A stretch of DNA of 63,484 bases, filler included, from Rhabdomonas costata (GCA_019059605.1; 43 parts of 43 records of this genome joined end to end with filler, not necessarily neighbours in it); one strand, 5' to 3'; shown: positions 13,220 to 25,813, counted from the whole stretch's first letter. The notes: generated by a model from the letters alone, not told the origin. Program-made: numbers and translations.

Positions 13220-14815
13220 NNNNNNNNNNNNNNNNNNNNNNNNNNNNNNNNNNNNNNNNNNNNTTAATTAATTAANNNNNNNNNNNNNNNNNNNNNNNNN
13301 NNNNNNNNNNNNNNNNNNNGTTGGGTGAACAGGATGTGGGGAGTGTGGAGGGTGGGCTGCGTCCCTGGCTCCGGCACGATCAGCTTGTTAGAGTCAAATC
13401 GCGTCAAACTTATGTAAATCATTTGAACCAGGTCTTCTCATTGACCCTGAACAACTGCCATCGTCTTTTGACGGCTGATTATATGATCTCACGATCCCGG
13501 CCGCCCTTTCCGTTATCGCTCACTTAAAACAGAGGTCATGTTTTCCGTTGCTACGCGCCAAAGGAGCGAGAAAAGTTTCGAGTTTTGAAGCCATATGGAA
13601 TGGTACCCGACGGTACGAGAAGGTTTTGTTTTGTAAGAAGCTCGCAAGGGAGGTCTTTTAGACAATCACAAAACATGTGAAAAGACAAAGGCAAGAATTC
13701 TTTGGTTCTTAGCTTTATCCTACTGGACTTGTTGTTGAACGCGCCAGGTGAACCCTTCGGCCCTGGTTTGGGGAGGATCGTTTCACCCCAAAAACTCAGT
13801 TAATTTTCAGACTCATTTTCTCTCTGTTTTTGTTTATTTTATCACTTATAAGTTAGCCTTCGTTTCTATGTTCTTTCTTTATTCTTAGTTTCTATTTGCG
13901 CTGACCGACTGACCGCCCTGACCGACCGCCACCAGCAATGCACTGTCCAAAACAAAGTTATAACCATGCCCATACCTCAACTCTTACCTCTGACCGATCG
14001 GTAACCGCGGCTCCAGGATCCTCGGGACGTGCTTCACAGCCACCAAAACCAATTTTCCGAAATTTTTCTAGTGTGATCAAATATAAATATTTGGTCTGCG
14101 CGCGGAGCTGGGGCTGCAGGCCGCTGTGGGGCGTGCACGTGGGTCCGCGCGTGCGGTTTCGGTGGCGCTGGTGACGTCCTCGGTAATGGATGCATGCCAG
14201 CCTGCCCTGTGTGGTGCTGGCCCCACTTAAAAGGGCAAGGAAATTAAAACTGGGCGAATGCTAACGGGTTGAGGTTTGTGCGCGGCGTCGCGAGGGGCGA
14301 GGTGGGTGTCTTGTGCCTGAATGTGGTCTGATTTTGGTTCGCCTGTGCCAACACGCAGCTTGCTGGGATCGTCCTTTGATATGCGTCTGTGCATTTGATT
14401 GTGTGTGCGTGTGTGAAAGAAGGGTATGATTGTGCGGGGGAAAGTGTTGGCGCGGGTGCAGATGTGGGCTTGTGCTTGAGTTTGCGTGGGTTCGCAGGTT
14501 ATGGGCTGTGGTTCTGCTGCCGAACCGGAGGACTAACACAGACGTTGCCTTACGGTGGCTGTGTGCGTCTGCTTGATATTCCCATCTGGTTTTTCCCCTC
14601 TCAACTTTTCGGGAGGCTGTGTGGTGCGTCACCCAGGTTTTCCGCATACTTCTTCACCCCCGTCTCTTTCTCGTTAGCTTCTAGCCCCCCCCCACACANN
14701 NNNNNNNNNNNNNNNNNNNNNNNNNNNNNNNNNNNNNNNNNNTTAATTAATTAANNNNNNNNNNNNNNNNNNNNNNNNNNNNNNNNNNNNNNNNNNNNGT
14801 GGTTGTTTTTAAAAT

Positions 14816-14823
14816 AAAATTGA
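14816..14823 (+). promoter_or_regulatory. AAAATTGA, identical to the Mimiviridae early-promoter octamer
   Basis: Exact motif in an AT-rich intergenic stretch 83 nt upstream of the ATG at 14899; could arise by chance in AT-rich DNA. Confidence 0.45.
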
Positions 14824-14898
14824 AATAAAAATGTTTGTATAATGCAATAATACATACATTTGTACATTACAATTTGTAGATGTTTTGTTCATAACAAA

Positions 14899-15309
14899 AT
14901 GGTGCGTTGTCCTCTTTGTCAGGATTTTTGCGTCCGAATGAAGAAAAATCATTACAAATGTTCTCAACATGGAACAATCGTTCCAAGAGTAGGAGGATAT
15001 TACCAACAGACGCAAGTCTCTGCTTTGATGTTTCCGGCATCAACGGATGCATTCTTGATGACGTTGGCCTCTCTTTCGCACACCCAGCTGAAGACTGCAA
15101 GCATTGAGATTTGCAGCAAAATCGGGCCACAGGGGGAGTACATGAAACTGTTAGATTGTCTTCTGAACTTGTACTCCATAAAGGAGGGCACCGACAAGTT
15201 GAACGAGCTGCTCACGTACCTGATCACGATGGTCAGTGCTCGGAACGAATCCCACCGAAAGTCGGCATGTGCTGGAAGCCCACGCGTACTGGAAGCGATG
15301 ATCAACTAG
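14899..15309 (+). CDS. Intronless 136-aa hypothetical protein with an N-terminal Cys/His cluster
   Basis: AAAATG start; MVRCPLCQDFC...HYKCSQH then a helical region; ends in TAG. Confidence 0.55.
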   Translation: MVRCPLCQDFCVRMKKNHYKCSQHGTIVPRVGGYYQQTQVSALMFPASTDAFLMTLASLSHTQLKTASIEICSKIGPQGEYMKLLDCLLNLYSIKEGTDKLNELLTYLITMVSARNESHRKSACAGSPRVLEAMIN

Positions 15310-15395
15310 CAATTATATATTTCGAATATAATTTGAGATATATAATTCAAAAATTATATAAAGAAACAAAAGAATTAGAGAAAAAAACAATAAAA

Positions 15396-16044
15396 ATGCA
15401 CATATTATTTCAAGTAAATTATTTTAAAAAAAATATAAAACATGTATTTGGTTATACGGGAGGATCAGTTATAGCATTATATCAACGATGTTATAAAGAC
15501 AAGATTAATTTTTACATAACAACAAATGAGTTATCCGCATGTCATGCTGCTTCAGGTTATGCAAAATCAACATGTTTAACAGGAATAGGGGTTGTAACAA
15601 GTGGCCCGGGTTTAACAAATTCAATAACAGCATTAATGGATTGTACAAATGATTCAAAACCATTTATTTTATTATCTGGTCAAGTTCCAACAAAAATGTA
15701 AAATAAAGGAGCTTTTCAATCATGTGATGCTGTAGCAATAACAAAACCAATAACAAATTGGAGTTATCAAGTACAATCTGCAAATGAAATGTCATATTGC
15801 ATTGATAAAGCATTTTATATAGCAAATGACAAAAAAAAAAAGGAAGTGTTTTATTAGATATACCAAAGGATGTATTACATTCAATAGTTACATCAAAACA
15901 AATATTTTTGATGATGAAACAGCATATAATTGTAGTGATATAGAAAATGAAAAATGTTTATATGTTAATAATAAAAGTGAAATAAATTATACAAGAATAC
16001 AATCTATAGATGTTATACAAAAATCAAAAATGATTTATGGGTAG
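15396..16044 (+). pseudogene. ilvB: Acetolactate synthase large subunit (ilvB/ilvI family), N-terminal part, disrupted
   Basis: VFGYTGG, NELSACHAASGYAK, VVTSGPGLTNSITALMD, LSGQVP, then TAA at 15699-15701, AFQSCD..ITKPITNWSYQV, frameshift in the A11 run at 15831-15841, GSVLLDIPKDV, a second frameshift and truncation. Confidence 0.92.
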
Positions 16045-16844
16045 TAATTGAAAGAAATGCTGTACCAGATAATATAAATGATACATATGCTGGTTCAATG
16101 ATTGTAACACAAATTAAAGGACAATATATAAAATGGTGTAATGGAGCTCATATAAGTTGTTTTTAAAAACAACCACAANNNNNNNNNNNNNNNNNNNNNN
16201 NNNNNNNNNNNNNNNNNNNNNNTTAATTAATTAANNNNNNNNNNNNNNNNNNNNNNNNNNNNNNNNNNNNNNNNNNNNGTTGGTTTTGTCTTCCTTTTCC
16301 TTTGCGGGGTGGAGGATCCGGCCGGGTGGTGGAGGATCGGGCAAGAGGGGGCATGTCCTGCGGTTGATACACGTTGCTTTCTGAAATGCTAAGCGGTTGG
16401 GTCATAATTTTCTTGAGTGTAGCAGCGTTCTGGGTTGACTGTCTTTTTCACTCCACAATAATCGGTTTTCATTTCTGGTCCGACACCTGAAATTTGCCAG
16501 CAGCACTTGCGCCGTATAAAACGCTTTTTTCGCAAACGTTTTGTTTCACCTGGGAAGAAAACAGAAAGGGACACTCGCCTCATGATCAGAGGCTCCGGGG
16601 GCCAGGTCGTGGTACAGCTCAAATTGGTGCCATGACGGCGTGTCCGCAAAAAGTTTTCGTTGACAACACGGAAAACGTGTCATAGACAGTGTTCTTTGCA
16701 AGCTAGTGACGTGGGAAGCAAAGAAAGGTTGAGTGCATCTACAGAGAACAAGTGTGTAATGTTTCTGAAGAGGCAACAGGAAAGCGAAAAACATCAAATA
16801 TCGACACAGTGCTTCCAACATCGCATTTACTCTGCACTCTTCAG

Positions 16845-17655
16845 GTCCACTATTCACGTAAGGGCCTCGTACAAGGATGAAGTCATGGCATTGGTTGCAT
16901 ATTTTGTCCTTGTTCGGCATTTTGCTCGAGTGGGATACCTCTCGCTGGAACCCGAGCAGGGCACCTTGGTGGGCAGCGCCGTGGAGGGTGCGCTGGGGAA
17001 CTTCCAGCTGCGCCCTTTGGTTGTCGCGAGCAGTGTGGAGGAGCTGCTGAGCAGCGCCACAGGGTGGACACTGCAGGCGGTGGTGGTTTGGGGGTTGGCG
17101 GAGGCTGCGTGGGAGGCGGTGGCTGCGCTGCGGGCAGCTCAGAGTGAGGTTTGGGTGGGGCTGCTTTCTGGCACAGGGCCGATGATCTTTCAGCAGCGAA
17201 TGGTGGCTCAGGGGACCCCGATGATTAATGTAGTGATGACCCAGGCATGGTTTTCTCTTCGGCATCCCTTTGTGCCGTGCCTGGGCCCCACGGGTTGCAT
17301 CTACCCACCCTCTGACTAGTGGCGCATTTCTGTGTGTGTACACGTTTTATGTCTCTTCCTAACTCTCTGCAACACGGGCGCTTGCTCGGAAACCGTACTG
17401 GGCAACATCTCGCGCAGGATTCCCCACTTACTCGTCTCCGAAAGCAAGGGCAAAAAAGAAAAAAAATTGCTGCGCATCGATATCGAATCCGCCGTTGTCC
17501 CATATCCACATACACTGCCTGTCGAAGGTAAACAGTGTGGTGCATATTTACGATGCTGCTTTGCTCAGCGTACCCACGCTGACATTGCGCCCCACAGGTG
17601 GTCCCGTTGCCCACCAGCAACAGCTCCTATGGCCTGGTCCGGGACTTCGCCAAAC
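16845..17655 (+). CDS. Periplasmic-binding-protein type 1 (Venus flytrap) domain, probably the ectodomain of a receptor adenylate cyclase; exons 16845-17244 and 17598-17655
   Basis: IHVRASYKDEVMALVAYF..R.FARVG and VVMTQ/VVPLP...LVRDF match ABC ligand-binding-like PBP1 motifs (VRASYxDE; TQVVP...VREY). Confidence 0.75.
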
Positions 17656-20039
17656 NNNNNNNNNNNNNNNNNNNNNNNNNNNNNNNNNNNNNNNNNNNNT
17701 TAATTAATTAANNNNNNNNNNNNNNNNNNNNNNNNNNNNNNNNNNNNNNNNNNNNCAGGGGGAGGACTGTGCATTGGGGTCAAAAAGAGCCCTTGGGCAG
17801 GGAGTGGCAGACAGTTTCGGAATTATTTGCCACTTCTTTACTATGGAGAGGATCCTACATTGAGTTTTGCCAGATGTACAAGAGAACCGAGCAGGAACTT
17901 TTACGCCTCACATTTCTACAGGTAACATAAACGAGTGAGTGTGAGGTGAAAGGAAATCACACACATGCACGAGGCAGCAACATGCGCACTCTACCCAATG
18001 GATACCTTCGAGCTTCTCAACAATCATCAGCTCAAGCTTCTCACGGAATTCCTGGATGTCGCCCTTGTTTCCCTAAGCACAAAAAAGTCAGAGCAGCGAC
18101 ACAGACGTCATGTGGACCCCTCCATTAGGAACCGCAGCAGATGCCCAATTAATGCAAAGAAAACTGAGAGAAGAGCTAGAAATAAGTGTAAGGGCAAGCA
18201 TGTCATGATAGCAAATAATCGCACACTGTGTACTTCTGCCAGACCTACACCCCCGGGTTCAAGAGCAACGTCAGCAATTTTAGGCGCAATATCTCACTGT
18301 CCAGAGTTAAGCGGGACAGCCTATATACACTCTACCACTCTCTACCACTCCCACTCTCCACTCTATCCACCCAGCTACCCACGCCCACCCCTGGCCCACT
18401 CAAACGACAACCGATATGGAACACATCAGAAGGAGGACTTCCAGGGGTACCAACCACCTCACCCATGCACCCACAACCTCTCTGCGCTTTCCTGATTATC
18501 TCTTCCGTATAACTAAAACACATCCCCTGTCGGATGTGGAACTAGGAATGTCCAAACGTTCGTCCCATCCGCGCCACAGCTCTCACCAAGCACACCATGG
18601 TCGCAGTGCGGTCGAACTGTGTCAAAGCCTTCGCGAGAGTAGCCTCATGCGCGACCTGGATCTTCGTGGGGTCTACGTAAGGCCGCAGGCTGCCACAAAC
18701 CTGCAAAGCGCAGCAGCCCCCTGACAGGAAAGGTTGCACCGGTCCGGAGGGATCACACATGTACACATGCATTCTCAACTTTTCTTCGATTGTTTGTCTT
18801 CACGGTCGATCCTTTTAAGCCCAACACTCTCCTCTTATAACTGTTCTCATTCTTCTCAGTGTTGTCCTTATGCTGCTGTGGCCCTTCCAGCTTTGCCTGC
18901 ACGCACCCGCCCTCACTTTGGGGTGCGACTTTCACCCCGTTCCAGCCCACACGCCTTCTTGATCGTGTTGTCCACTTCTGTCTCGTTGTCTGACAACTTG
19001 CCTAGAACCTGCGAACAGTGTTCTGACATGCCTGCGCTGTTTTAAAAAGAGAGAAAAAATGATAGAAACATATAAGCTTGAATTGCGACTCATTTTTCCT
19101 AAATTTCTTCTCTCGCACTTCGTTGCGACACAGNNNNNNNNNNNNNNNNNNNNNNNNNNNNNNNNNNNNNNNNNNNNTTAATTAATTAANNNNNNNNNNN
19201 NNNNNNNNNNNNNNNNNNNNNNNNNNNNNNNNNTGTGTACTTTGCGTTTGCCGTATTTCTCGGGGTGTGTGGGTACATATTACGCCGACGAGTGTTTCAC
19301 TTCGTGTGAGATTCGCGTACGATGGGGTCTTCACGGCAACTGTGGTAACTCTGGCACTACTTAGCCTTTAAAGTTGTGGTTTTATGCAGTGTGTGGGGTC
19401 CTTCTCAAAATGAAGAGAATTTGTATTGCTTTGGAGAATACGGAGATCCAGTTCCGCTGCAAGCACAGCATTCCAGATTGGCGCGTGGAAGTCAAGTATG
19501 TCCTTCACCGGGTTCACTGGGATTCCGCCCGACGGGGTGGGCGGCTGCCTACAAATCCGGACTTTCTGGGAGGTCGAGGGGAGAGGGATGCAGTGTTGCC
19601 AGGTGCCATGGGTTATGTAATGGTTTGCTAGGCTTTGGTTGAGCCCAACTGTTTCTGCTTTGGAGGTGGTGTTGAGTGCTCGGTGGCATCGCAAGAATGA
19701 GCAAGCTGGCTATGAACAGGCGTCCTAAGCTCCGATTTCCGCGATTTTTCAGCTTGCCTCTTCTTCGTCTTTCTCGTCACAGCCTTCTCTTATTCCTCCT
19801 CTTTGAAGATGGTGTTGCTTTCCGCGGACACATGGATTTGCAGCTTTCAATTTCTGGAGCGAAAACCGCAGCTGAGCCTTTGGCTTGTTTGCTGGCAGTT
19901 TCGAATCCTGGTTGATGACCTTCTCGTCCCGACGTGGACGGTTGTGCTCCGCACGACCCTTAACGACCTCACGGATGGGCAAAGCACGGCTCAGAGCTTG
20001 CGGCTTGCTTGCTCTGCCGCGATGATTTTGTTGAGAAAC

Positions 20040-20352
20040 AAAAAGCTCTTTGAGCGCTTGCTGGGGATCGGAGCTGAAATGGCTGCGCTGCATTCCTCGT
20101 TCTTGTTTCTCAACCTCCCATCTTTGGATGTCCAAGGCAATATTATCGGAGATGCGGGAGTGCAAGCATTTGCAGCTTCCTTCCCTAAACTTTCCTCCGT
20201 GAATATGAGCAAAAAAACAGATCAGAGAAGCGGGAATGCAAGCTTTAGCAACCTCGTCTTTCTTCCCCAACCTTTCTTCCTTGAATGTGAGCGAAAATCA
20301 GATCGGAGCAGCAGGCATGCAAGCATTAGCAGCGTCGTCTTTCTTCCCTAAC
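20040..20352 (+). pseudogene. Leucine-rich repeats (about 28-aa units, ribonuclease-inhibitor-like), frameshifted
   Basis: NLPSLDVQGNIIGDAGVQAFAASFP / KLSSVNMS..QIREAGMQALATSSFFP / NLSSLNVSENQIGAAGMQALAASSFFPN; frameshift in the A-run at 20211-20217. Confidence 0.8.
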
Positions 20353-20611
20353 CCGGCCTTCGGGGTACGCTGGGGCTGGCGACCTCCTGGCCCTCACGAG
20401 CGCTTCGCGGTGGACCTGCCCGACCTGCCCTTCCTCAGAAGTTGTACAGCGTCTGCACGCACACCCACACCTACGCTGCCCTGTACGCCTACCTGTACGA
20501 GCTGGAGTGGCCCCACCTGACGCTCTCCGAGCAGGCTCGCGCGGACCACAACATCACCTTCGTGGAGCTGGCGATCGACTTCGAGCTCTACTCGGGGTTG
20601 GACCACCCCAC
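20353..20611 (+). mobile_element. Probable C-terminal fragment of a LINE ORF, frameshifted
   Basis: YAALYAYLYELEWP...ITFVELAIDFELYSG resembles the post-RNase H tail of protist LINEs (recognised from memory); abrupt junction with the LRR sequence. Confidence 0.45.
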
Positions 20612-21738
20612 NNNNNNNNNNNNNNNNNNNNNNNNNNNNNNNNNNNNNNNNNNNNTTAATTAATTAANNNNNNNNNNNNNNNNNNNNNNNNNNNNNNNNN
20701 NNNNNNNNNNNGGGGGTGGGTGGCGCTGATCATCCTCTTGGTTGTGTTCGTTCCGCGGCTGTTCACGCTAGCCTGCAGAGTCCTGGCGTTCTTCCTGGAG
20801 CTCCTGCTGTACCTGCTGCCCAAGTAGGCCAGAGGCCCAGTCACTTGTCGTGGCCTTTTGAGGGAGTTGTGATGCTTTGTTCTCGTTTGTACAGTTCAGC
20901 TGTGAGGATGTGTCTTCTTTCTATATTTTTGATTCCTCGGATCGACTCGCATTCACTCACCGGGCATTTTTGCTCTGCGCAGTATCACTTTTTCTCTACA
21001 CCAACGGGAGGAGGGTGCTTCTGGACAGCTGGTTTGATTGGGGACCGTTACCAATTTTAATGAACCTGAGAATTTTCGTTGCCTCAAGTCTCCCTCTGAA
21101 TTTTGGAACTTCATCTGAGCTGGATGAGACTGTTGGGGAGCTTATAGGATTTTCGGTGTTTGGGGTTTTGGCGATACTCCGGTCATGCCCCATGCTTACC
21201 CCAGACGTCAGCACCTTAGATGTAGGGCCGCTCCTCGGCGCTCCGTGGCCTAAGGAAGACACGTCAGGAGAACCTTCGAGTAGCCCTCTGTCAAAAAGTT
21301 CGCTTGGGGGGGGGGATGCTCTGCCTCCCATACCCCGACCCCTGTTTGCGCGTCTTGCCCGTCGCCCTTAAACCTTACACCATCGGGTTTTGTGGAATTC
21401 ATTGAGAGGACCTCAAACACTTATTTCGGTGAAGGAAGGCGATGTGAGTGTAAGGGGGGTAAGTGGTATGCAGTTTTGCCTTGCCCGTCACAAGTCACCA
21501 TTCGCTTTTTCATGACTGCTACTGCTGCGTGCACCCTTGTAGTGACCTTCCACCCGTTCGTTGCCGATAGAGCGTGCCCTCTAACAAGGGTCTGGAGGCT
21601 TCATGGCTCCATGGCGTCTGCAGCAGCGTATAATCACACAAAATGCTATAAATCATCGGAAGCAGGCCTTGGGTCTTGTCTGCGTGCTGACGACCTTCCA
21701 GGGTTCGGCCCTCTCTCGGCGAATTAAAAAAACCACAC

Positions 21739-22023
21739 CTTCAGACCATCGGGGCTGACCCGCACTGACCACACCCAGTCCCTGTGGCCCTCAAGCCGAG
21801 CGACCTCACGAAGGGTCGACCATTCCGAAACTCTGACGGAATTGTCCGCGGAGCCCGTCAACAGCCGTGACCCATCCCAGCTAAAGGCCACACTGGTGAC
21901 CGTCGCATAGCTGCGGAGTACGGCAAGGGGCTGCCCGCCTCCCACCTCCCAAACCCGAGCAGTGCGGTCGTCTGAAGCAGTGGCGACATGCTCAAAAGTC
22001 GGAGAGAAGGCCACCGAACGAAC
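21739..22023 (-). CDS. WD40-repeat protein exon (95 codons)
   Basis: VRSVAFSP..VATASDDRTARVWE / VTSVAFSWDGSRLLTGSADNSVRV / LEGHRDWVWSVRVSPDG; bounded by CAG and GT. Confidence 0.92.
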
Positions 22024-25000
22024 CTGATTGAGCACAAAAAAAAACCAAGCTTCTTCACCATTCCACAAGTGATAGAATAGCCACAAAAAANNNNNNNNNN
22101 NNNNNNNNNNNNNNNNNNNNNNNNNNNNNNNNNNTTAATTAATTAANNNNNNNNNNNNNNNNNNNNNNNNNNNNNNNNNNNNNNNNNNNNTGTATTGGGC
22201 GTGTTTGGGGTTGGTGGTCGGGGGTCTGCTGGCGGCCGCGGCGCTGTGGTGGTGGCCCCGCCGTGGCAGTACGTTTCTCTGTTTGCGTGGCGACAGCACC
22301 CCTCCTGCCCCTTCCTTCCTCCACATACTTCTGCGTGTATGTCAAAGGTGTAAATGCAGAAAGGACACTTAAGAAAGAGGTCTGCTTAACTACAATTTCG
22401 GGGAAGTTGGCGGGAAGAAAGGACATTGAAATGGGGAGGATGTTGGGGGCTCTCCAGTTTTTCCCGATTTTACAGAGCGTCTCCTTCTACAGTTTGCTGC
22501 ACTCTGTTCTCTTCCCGTCATTTGTGCTGCTGCTGTGCAATGGCTGGGCACTCACCGGTTTTGATATCTTTTTGCAAAAAAGAAATTTATGGAGGACTTG
22601 AGTGAGGGCCCGTTGACGTTGTGGGGACGGAAGGTCCCTAAAACTGACATTAGTCGGCAACTGGCAACTGTTACCAGTGTTAACCGTTACCTCCCCGCCC
22701 CCCTCTTACTTTAAACGTCAATTGCACCTGAGGCGAACGAGCAGTCACCACAGGAAAAGCGAGGGCGGCAAAGTATGCAGTATAGCAGTACTTCAGAGGA
22801 GTCATCCTGCCCCTCATAAAGCCACCCTAACCTGACTGCGGCGTCGGAAGCGTGGAATATGGGACGCAATAGCGGCGTCCAATAGTCCTCTCCCGTTAAC
22901 CCGATGCCCTCGGTTTTGCCCAGGTTGCCCGCACGGCTTCTACAGCTCAACGGGCCAATCTCCTACTCGAAGGTGCTCCGCGCGTGTTCCTTTTTGTCTT
23001 TGTCCCTTCCTCTTTGTCCCTCACTTGACTTCCAAAAAAACCTGCGCATCCTCGGAGGACTCTTTGGTATTTGTCTTTTGAGCGTGTTAAGTCGTCGCAC
23101 CTTCTCTCTCTCTTTCTCTGTCTGTCTGTCTGTCTGCACACAGTGGGCGATGTGAGCAGGTCGGCAGTGGGGTTATAGAGGGCTTCCAGCTGACCCTGAG
23201 CCCGCAGGAGCTGTCCCCCGCCCGCCCGGCAGCAACAGTGACGGTTCGTGTGTGTACGCTTTTGTATGTCTTCTGCAATGCTGCTGCCATGATATCGTGT
23301 TTCGTGGAAGTTCGTCGTCGTTGTCTAGCTTCCCCAACTTCCCATCAAGAATAAACCCCGCTCATAAATTCGTTTCATTCTCTATCATACGAAGCATTTT
23401 ATTTTGGCATAGCATCGCTTCATGAAGTCGTGTTTGCTCCATCATGCGATTCCAACTGCTCTCCTAGAGACACTCTCACCATCTCTTTGACTGCGCCTGC
23501 CGTTTTGTGCGCTCTTCTGTGACCTTAAAAAAGGTTCCTTGCCCCCCCACCCCCAACCACACCCAACACNNNNNNNNNNNNNNNNNNNNNNNNNNNNNNN
23601 NNNNNNNNNNNNNTTAATTAATTAANNNNNNNNNNNNNNNNNNNNNNNNNNNNNNNNNNNNNNNNNNNNAAAATGACAGATGGGACGGGGGGTGCTTACG
23701 CAACTCTGGTAGTATTGCTTACAGTGACCGTCGTCTTTTACTCCCCCAATGAAGCTGCATGTGAGGATTTTTTGAAGTTGTTGTTGTTTTTTTTTGCAAC
23801 TTTTTGCCGGTCATCGCAATGTCAATGACAAGTGTCCAGGTTTTTCACATAGCTCAACGACAAACTTTGTTTTCCGTCTCAATGTGCTCTTGTTTTCCTA
23901 GGGACTTGTCAGAGCCGCAGCTAAATGTTTCCCCATTTCTCCCTTTGTGCCTCTATTTTTTTTGCCTGTTGGTCTTCCCCCCCTCCCTCTCTTCCATGTT
24001 TGCCCTTCTGTTAGTTGCTGTTTTCATGGCGGGCTATTGTATCCTTTTCCCATTTTTGCGTACTGGTTGTGAACGGTTTGAGACCTGCGGTGAAATAAAA
24101 TGAGAGATTGGGTGTCTGGTTTTCACCTTTGGCTTGTGCCTTCACCCCAATGGTTCGTCCTGTCCTCAGGCAGGGCCTCTGAGACTTCATCCGAAACGGC
24201 GCTTCTCTCTCGTCCGCGTTCCAGAGCGTTCTATTCCAGCTGCTCCTATGTGAGCTTAGAGCCTGCAGCGTACGCCTTCTCCCGGCCTATGCGCGCACAC
24301 TGACCCATCTGGATACACTCGGTTAGCTGCAATCACAACCTGTGCCTGTGCGGGGCATCCTTCCAGGTTCACATGGGCTTGCAGCCCCCACCCCCACCGC
24401 CCCCTGGGTGCCTCTGCCTCCCTCAGAGGTCTCTATTCCTAACTCCGGAGCTCTTCTGCAGGCCGGTTTTTCCCTTTTCCCTTTTTTCATTTTCTTTTAC
24501 GCGGCAGCAAGCTCTCCACCTTTATAGCCCGTTTTCATTCTCTCGCTCCCCGACCCTTCCTGAGTTCCCGGAGCCAACGCGGCTGTGTTTCCGGTGGGCA
24601 TTTTGTTGAGCGGCAGAGCACACGATTGCGACGAGGGTGGAGAAGAGGTCCGCCGCTGAGCTTGGGTCTCTCTGTTGGCATGGCTCTTGCTGTGCCACGT
24701 GCAGCGCAAGCTGAGTCTGTCGGAGACGGGGGACCGGGAATGGGGTCTGTGCAGAGCAGAAGGCCCTTCTTTGTTCACCCCTCTTCCCTGTAGGTCTGCC
24801 AGTGTGCCGCCCCGCACGATGAAGTCCCGTCGGTGTCCTGTCACGTTGGGTTCTGCAGTATTTGCCGTCTTGATGTTTTGATTTTCGGTGGGAGAGGGAC
24901 TCCTCAATTCGATGTGGGTGTTTGCGCATCGCGCCTTCACCATTTGCTTGGTTGGTCTTTGTTTTGGGCTTCGTCTTAGGTTTGGAGAACTTCCCTCTTT

Positions 25001-25813
25001 TGCTCGGTAAGGGCGTTCGCCTGATGTTAGGCTCGAAGCAATGAGCGGNNNNNNNNNNNNNNNNNNNNNNNNNNNNNNNNNNNNNNNNNNNNTTAATTAA
25101 TTAANNNNNNNNNNNNNNNNNNNNNNNNNNNNNNNNNNNNNNNNNNNNGGTGGTGTGGAACCACACACCCAGGCCCTGTTCTGGACTGACCTGAAGCGCA
25201 GGGCCTGGGTGTGTGGTTTCACGCCAACTAGCTTCAAACGCAGCTGGAACTTTGCGTTCAGTTAAGAAAACCCATCGTTATTATGTCTCCTGACGTGAAG
25301 CCAGGACGTTGCAGTAGGAATGTCTCCCCATGGATCGCCAACAGGTTGTGGTCCATGCACGCGCTAAAGACGTCTTGTAGTTAGCAAAATTGACTCATTC
25401 GAAACCATCCAAAAGAAAGTGCAGTCAATTTACGTGGACTACCGTCAATCTGTCTTCATACAGCTGAAAGCAGGGCGCGTTTTTACATCATATTTTGGCC
25501 CCTCTGCTGCTCTGCCCGACATTGCTGGCAGTTGATCCTTTGAGGGCACGAGGGTATGTTATCCTGACATGGGCGCGGGTCTTTTTGGAGTAAGAGGTGG
25601 TGTTGGGGTTGGAGCAGAAGCTCGTGCCACGTCCAAAAAAGAAGCATGCGCACCCGCATCGAAAGTGAACCTTTTCCCCTCGCGAATCGGAGCTTCAGAG
25701 CTCTGCAAGCCCGCATTGGCACAAGGGACTCTTCGGTTGACATGATGACGTTTCGGTTTTGCTCATGTACGCACGGATGCTGTTTTTCGAAGTTTGCTGT
25801 TGTTTTCTTCTAG

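Noticed and set aside
15699-15701. In-frame TAA in ALS as stop-codon reassignment
   Set aside because: The same gene has two frameshifts and a truncation, and CAA is used for Gln; decay is the simpler explanation
25640-25740. PLCQCG...HFRCGCACFF, GRF zinc-finger-like, on the minus strand
   Set aside because: Contains a stop and wrong spacing; chance match is likely
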